Both the position numbers and the translations under genes were made by a program. From contig JAAOMT010000231.1 of NCBI GenBank assembly GCA_016748015.1, positions 64,968 to 128,967 of the forward strand: a stretch of DNA of 64,000 bases, given 5' to 3'. The notes beneath the pieces are model-generated. The model had not been told where the DNA came from. It ran no database searches and saw only the letters and a program-made list of their open reading frames with translations. This stretch comes from Geosiphon pyriformis uo1 (Eukaryota > Fungi > Glomeromycota). Positions 62,287 to 64,000 of this stretch are shown one piece after another (positions within the stretch are counted from its first letter, which is position 1; the number at the start of each line of letters is the position of its first letter).

Positions 62287-62799
62287 TATTACAGATTAAA
62301 ATAATAAACAAAAAAAAAGCTATTAAAAATAATAAAAATAATTAAAGAAAAATTTAATTAAAAAAATAAATTGAATTTATAAAATTTAAATATATATAAT
62401 TAAAAATAGAAAATTGTAATTATTAATAAAATAATAATAATATTATTATTTTATGTTTTACTTAAGTAATTTTTAAAATTAATATTAAACCAATTTTAAT
62501 AATACAAATTAAAAAAAAATAAGATATGTAAATATTAATAAGTAATCTTTTATTTAAAAATATTTAGATACTTAAAAATAAGAATTGGCAAAAAAAATAA
62601 ATAATATAAAAAATATTAAATAATAATAATAATTTTTTTATTTTTATTTTTTATTTTTTTATATAGTTATTTTAATTAATTAATAATCAAGTTATTAATT
62701 AGGTTTAATTATTATTATTTAAAAATAAAATAGCTAATTATATAATATTATTGGCTAATATATGTAATAATTAATAAAAACTAGTTTTTAATAATAATA
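62287..62799 (-). repeat. B0 5' LTR, highly decayed
   Basis: Collinear with family-B LTRs (e.g. aagtaatcttttatttaaaaatatttagatacttaaa); follows a decayed PBS and spacer. Right end approximate. Confidence 0.65.
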
Positions 62800-64000
62800 A
62801 TATTATTAAATAGTTAAGCAAAATAATAATAATAATTTTATAATATATATTTACAAAATATCTTTTCAAAATAATTTAATATAAAATAAATTTATATCTA
62901 ATTATATATAAAAAATACATAAATTATATTTAATTTAGAATTTTATGTAAATATATTATATTAAATAATAATTAGACATATATATTAAATAATAAACTTT
63001 TTTATAATTTTAAAAAAAAATCTTTAATATTTTTTAAAATTATTATTTTTGGGTTTTTTAAAAATTTAAAAATTTATTTAATTGTTTTAAAGTTTGTTTT
63101 TTAATATTAATTTTTATTAATTTTATAATATTAATATTATTTATAAAAAATAGTATTTTATTTAATATAAATAACAATAATAATAATATATATATTAAAA
63201 TAAATTAGAATTATTAGTTAACTATAATTAATTATTGTTAATAAAAACAAACTAAATTATGTTTTAATAAAACTTAAAAACTAATTTAATAATATAAATA
63301 TTAAAATAATTTTTTTTATTAAAAATACTGTTAATTTTAATAATGCTTAAAAAACAATTATTAAATAAAATTTTTGAATATTTAGTTTTATTTTAAGACT
63401 TAATATTTTTATATAATCAAATTAATTTATGTAAAATTTATATTTGTTAAATCTTTTTTTATTATAAAAATATTAAAATTTATTGTGATTTTTAACATTA
63501 TTTTTGCTTTTGTTGTTGTTTTTTCTTAATAAATTTTTTAAAAATATTATAATTCTCTTAATATATTTAGTAAAAATTATTATTATTTTATTAATTGGTT
63601 TTTATCAAAATATATAATTGTTTAAGTAATATAAATAAACATGTTTTTTTTATTACTTATATTAAATTTTTAATATATTATTATTAAGATTAATACTTTA
63701 AAAAAAAGATTTATTTAATAAAAAATCTTTAAATATTAATAAAATTTAATAGTATAAGTTTTTTATTGTTAAATAATTAAACTAAAAATAATTAAAATTA
63801 GAAATCCAGTTTTTTTTTGAAAATATAAATTAAAAATAGTATTAAACTATTAATTAATATATTTAAATAATTGTTTATATATAAAAAAAGTATAATATAT
63901 ATTTTTTATTTATAAAATAAATAGTAAAATTAAACTTATTATAGACAAAAATATTTTAAATTTTTTTAAATTTGCAAAATTATCAGTATTCTAATAAAAT
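62800..64000. other. Extremely AT-rich sequence, probably an older decayed repeat
   Basis: Almost no G/C and no ORFs; I could not align it to elements in the window. Confidence 0.4.

Larger units (their letters stand above)
6412..62799 (-). mobile_element. B0: ancient hypermutated family-B Gypsy relic, surviving as fragments 6412-6749, 16634-18308 and 62233-62799
   Basis: The AT-rich spacers align collinearly with B1 59030-61190 when C>T/G>A is allowed (e.g. 16670 aaaattaatcttgattttttt vs 59433 aaaattaatcttggctttttt). Decayed PBS and spacer at ~62264-62286, followed by a decayed LTR. Confidence 0.75.

Noticed and set aside
62800-64000. AT-rich tract as a centromere core or replication origin
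   Set aside because: It resembles the neighbouring tracts that proved to be decayed retroelement, and no independent feature supports a function.

Overview
This is eukaryotic, gene-free transposon DNA with no host genes, RNA genes or CRISPR arrays. It is most likely fungal: the element proteins resemble ones I recall from TE-rich Glomeromycotina assemblies such as Geosiphon, which is an inference. Matching LTR ends and target-site duplications (TSDs) resolve a nest at least five levels deep. An ancient, almost G/C-free Ty3/Gypsy relic (B0, ~6412-62799) carries LINE copy 1, Gypsy A1 and a decayed solo LTR. That solo LTR carries LINE copy 2 and Gypsy B1; B1 carries Gypsy A2 and A3; A2 carries Gypsy B2 and a third-family solo LTR. 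Family A has one gag-pol frame with a Cys-rich region and a complete dUTPase between protease and RT. Family B uses a TTTAAAC -1 frameshift site. All gag/pol and LINE ORFs are broken by C:G>T:A changes and indels. The best candidate for an undescribed system is a non-env third ORF (~200-230 aa) after integrase in both Gypsy families, whose type co-varies with the repeat array in the adjacent U3 promoter. This suggests an element-encoded regulator paired with its own target array. Second is a conserved U5 hairpin in family A that holds a copy of the primer tRNA 3' end paired to the primer-binding site (PBS).
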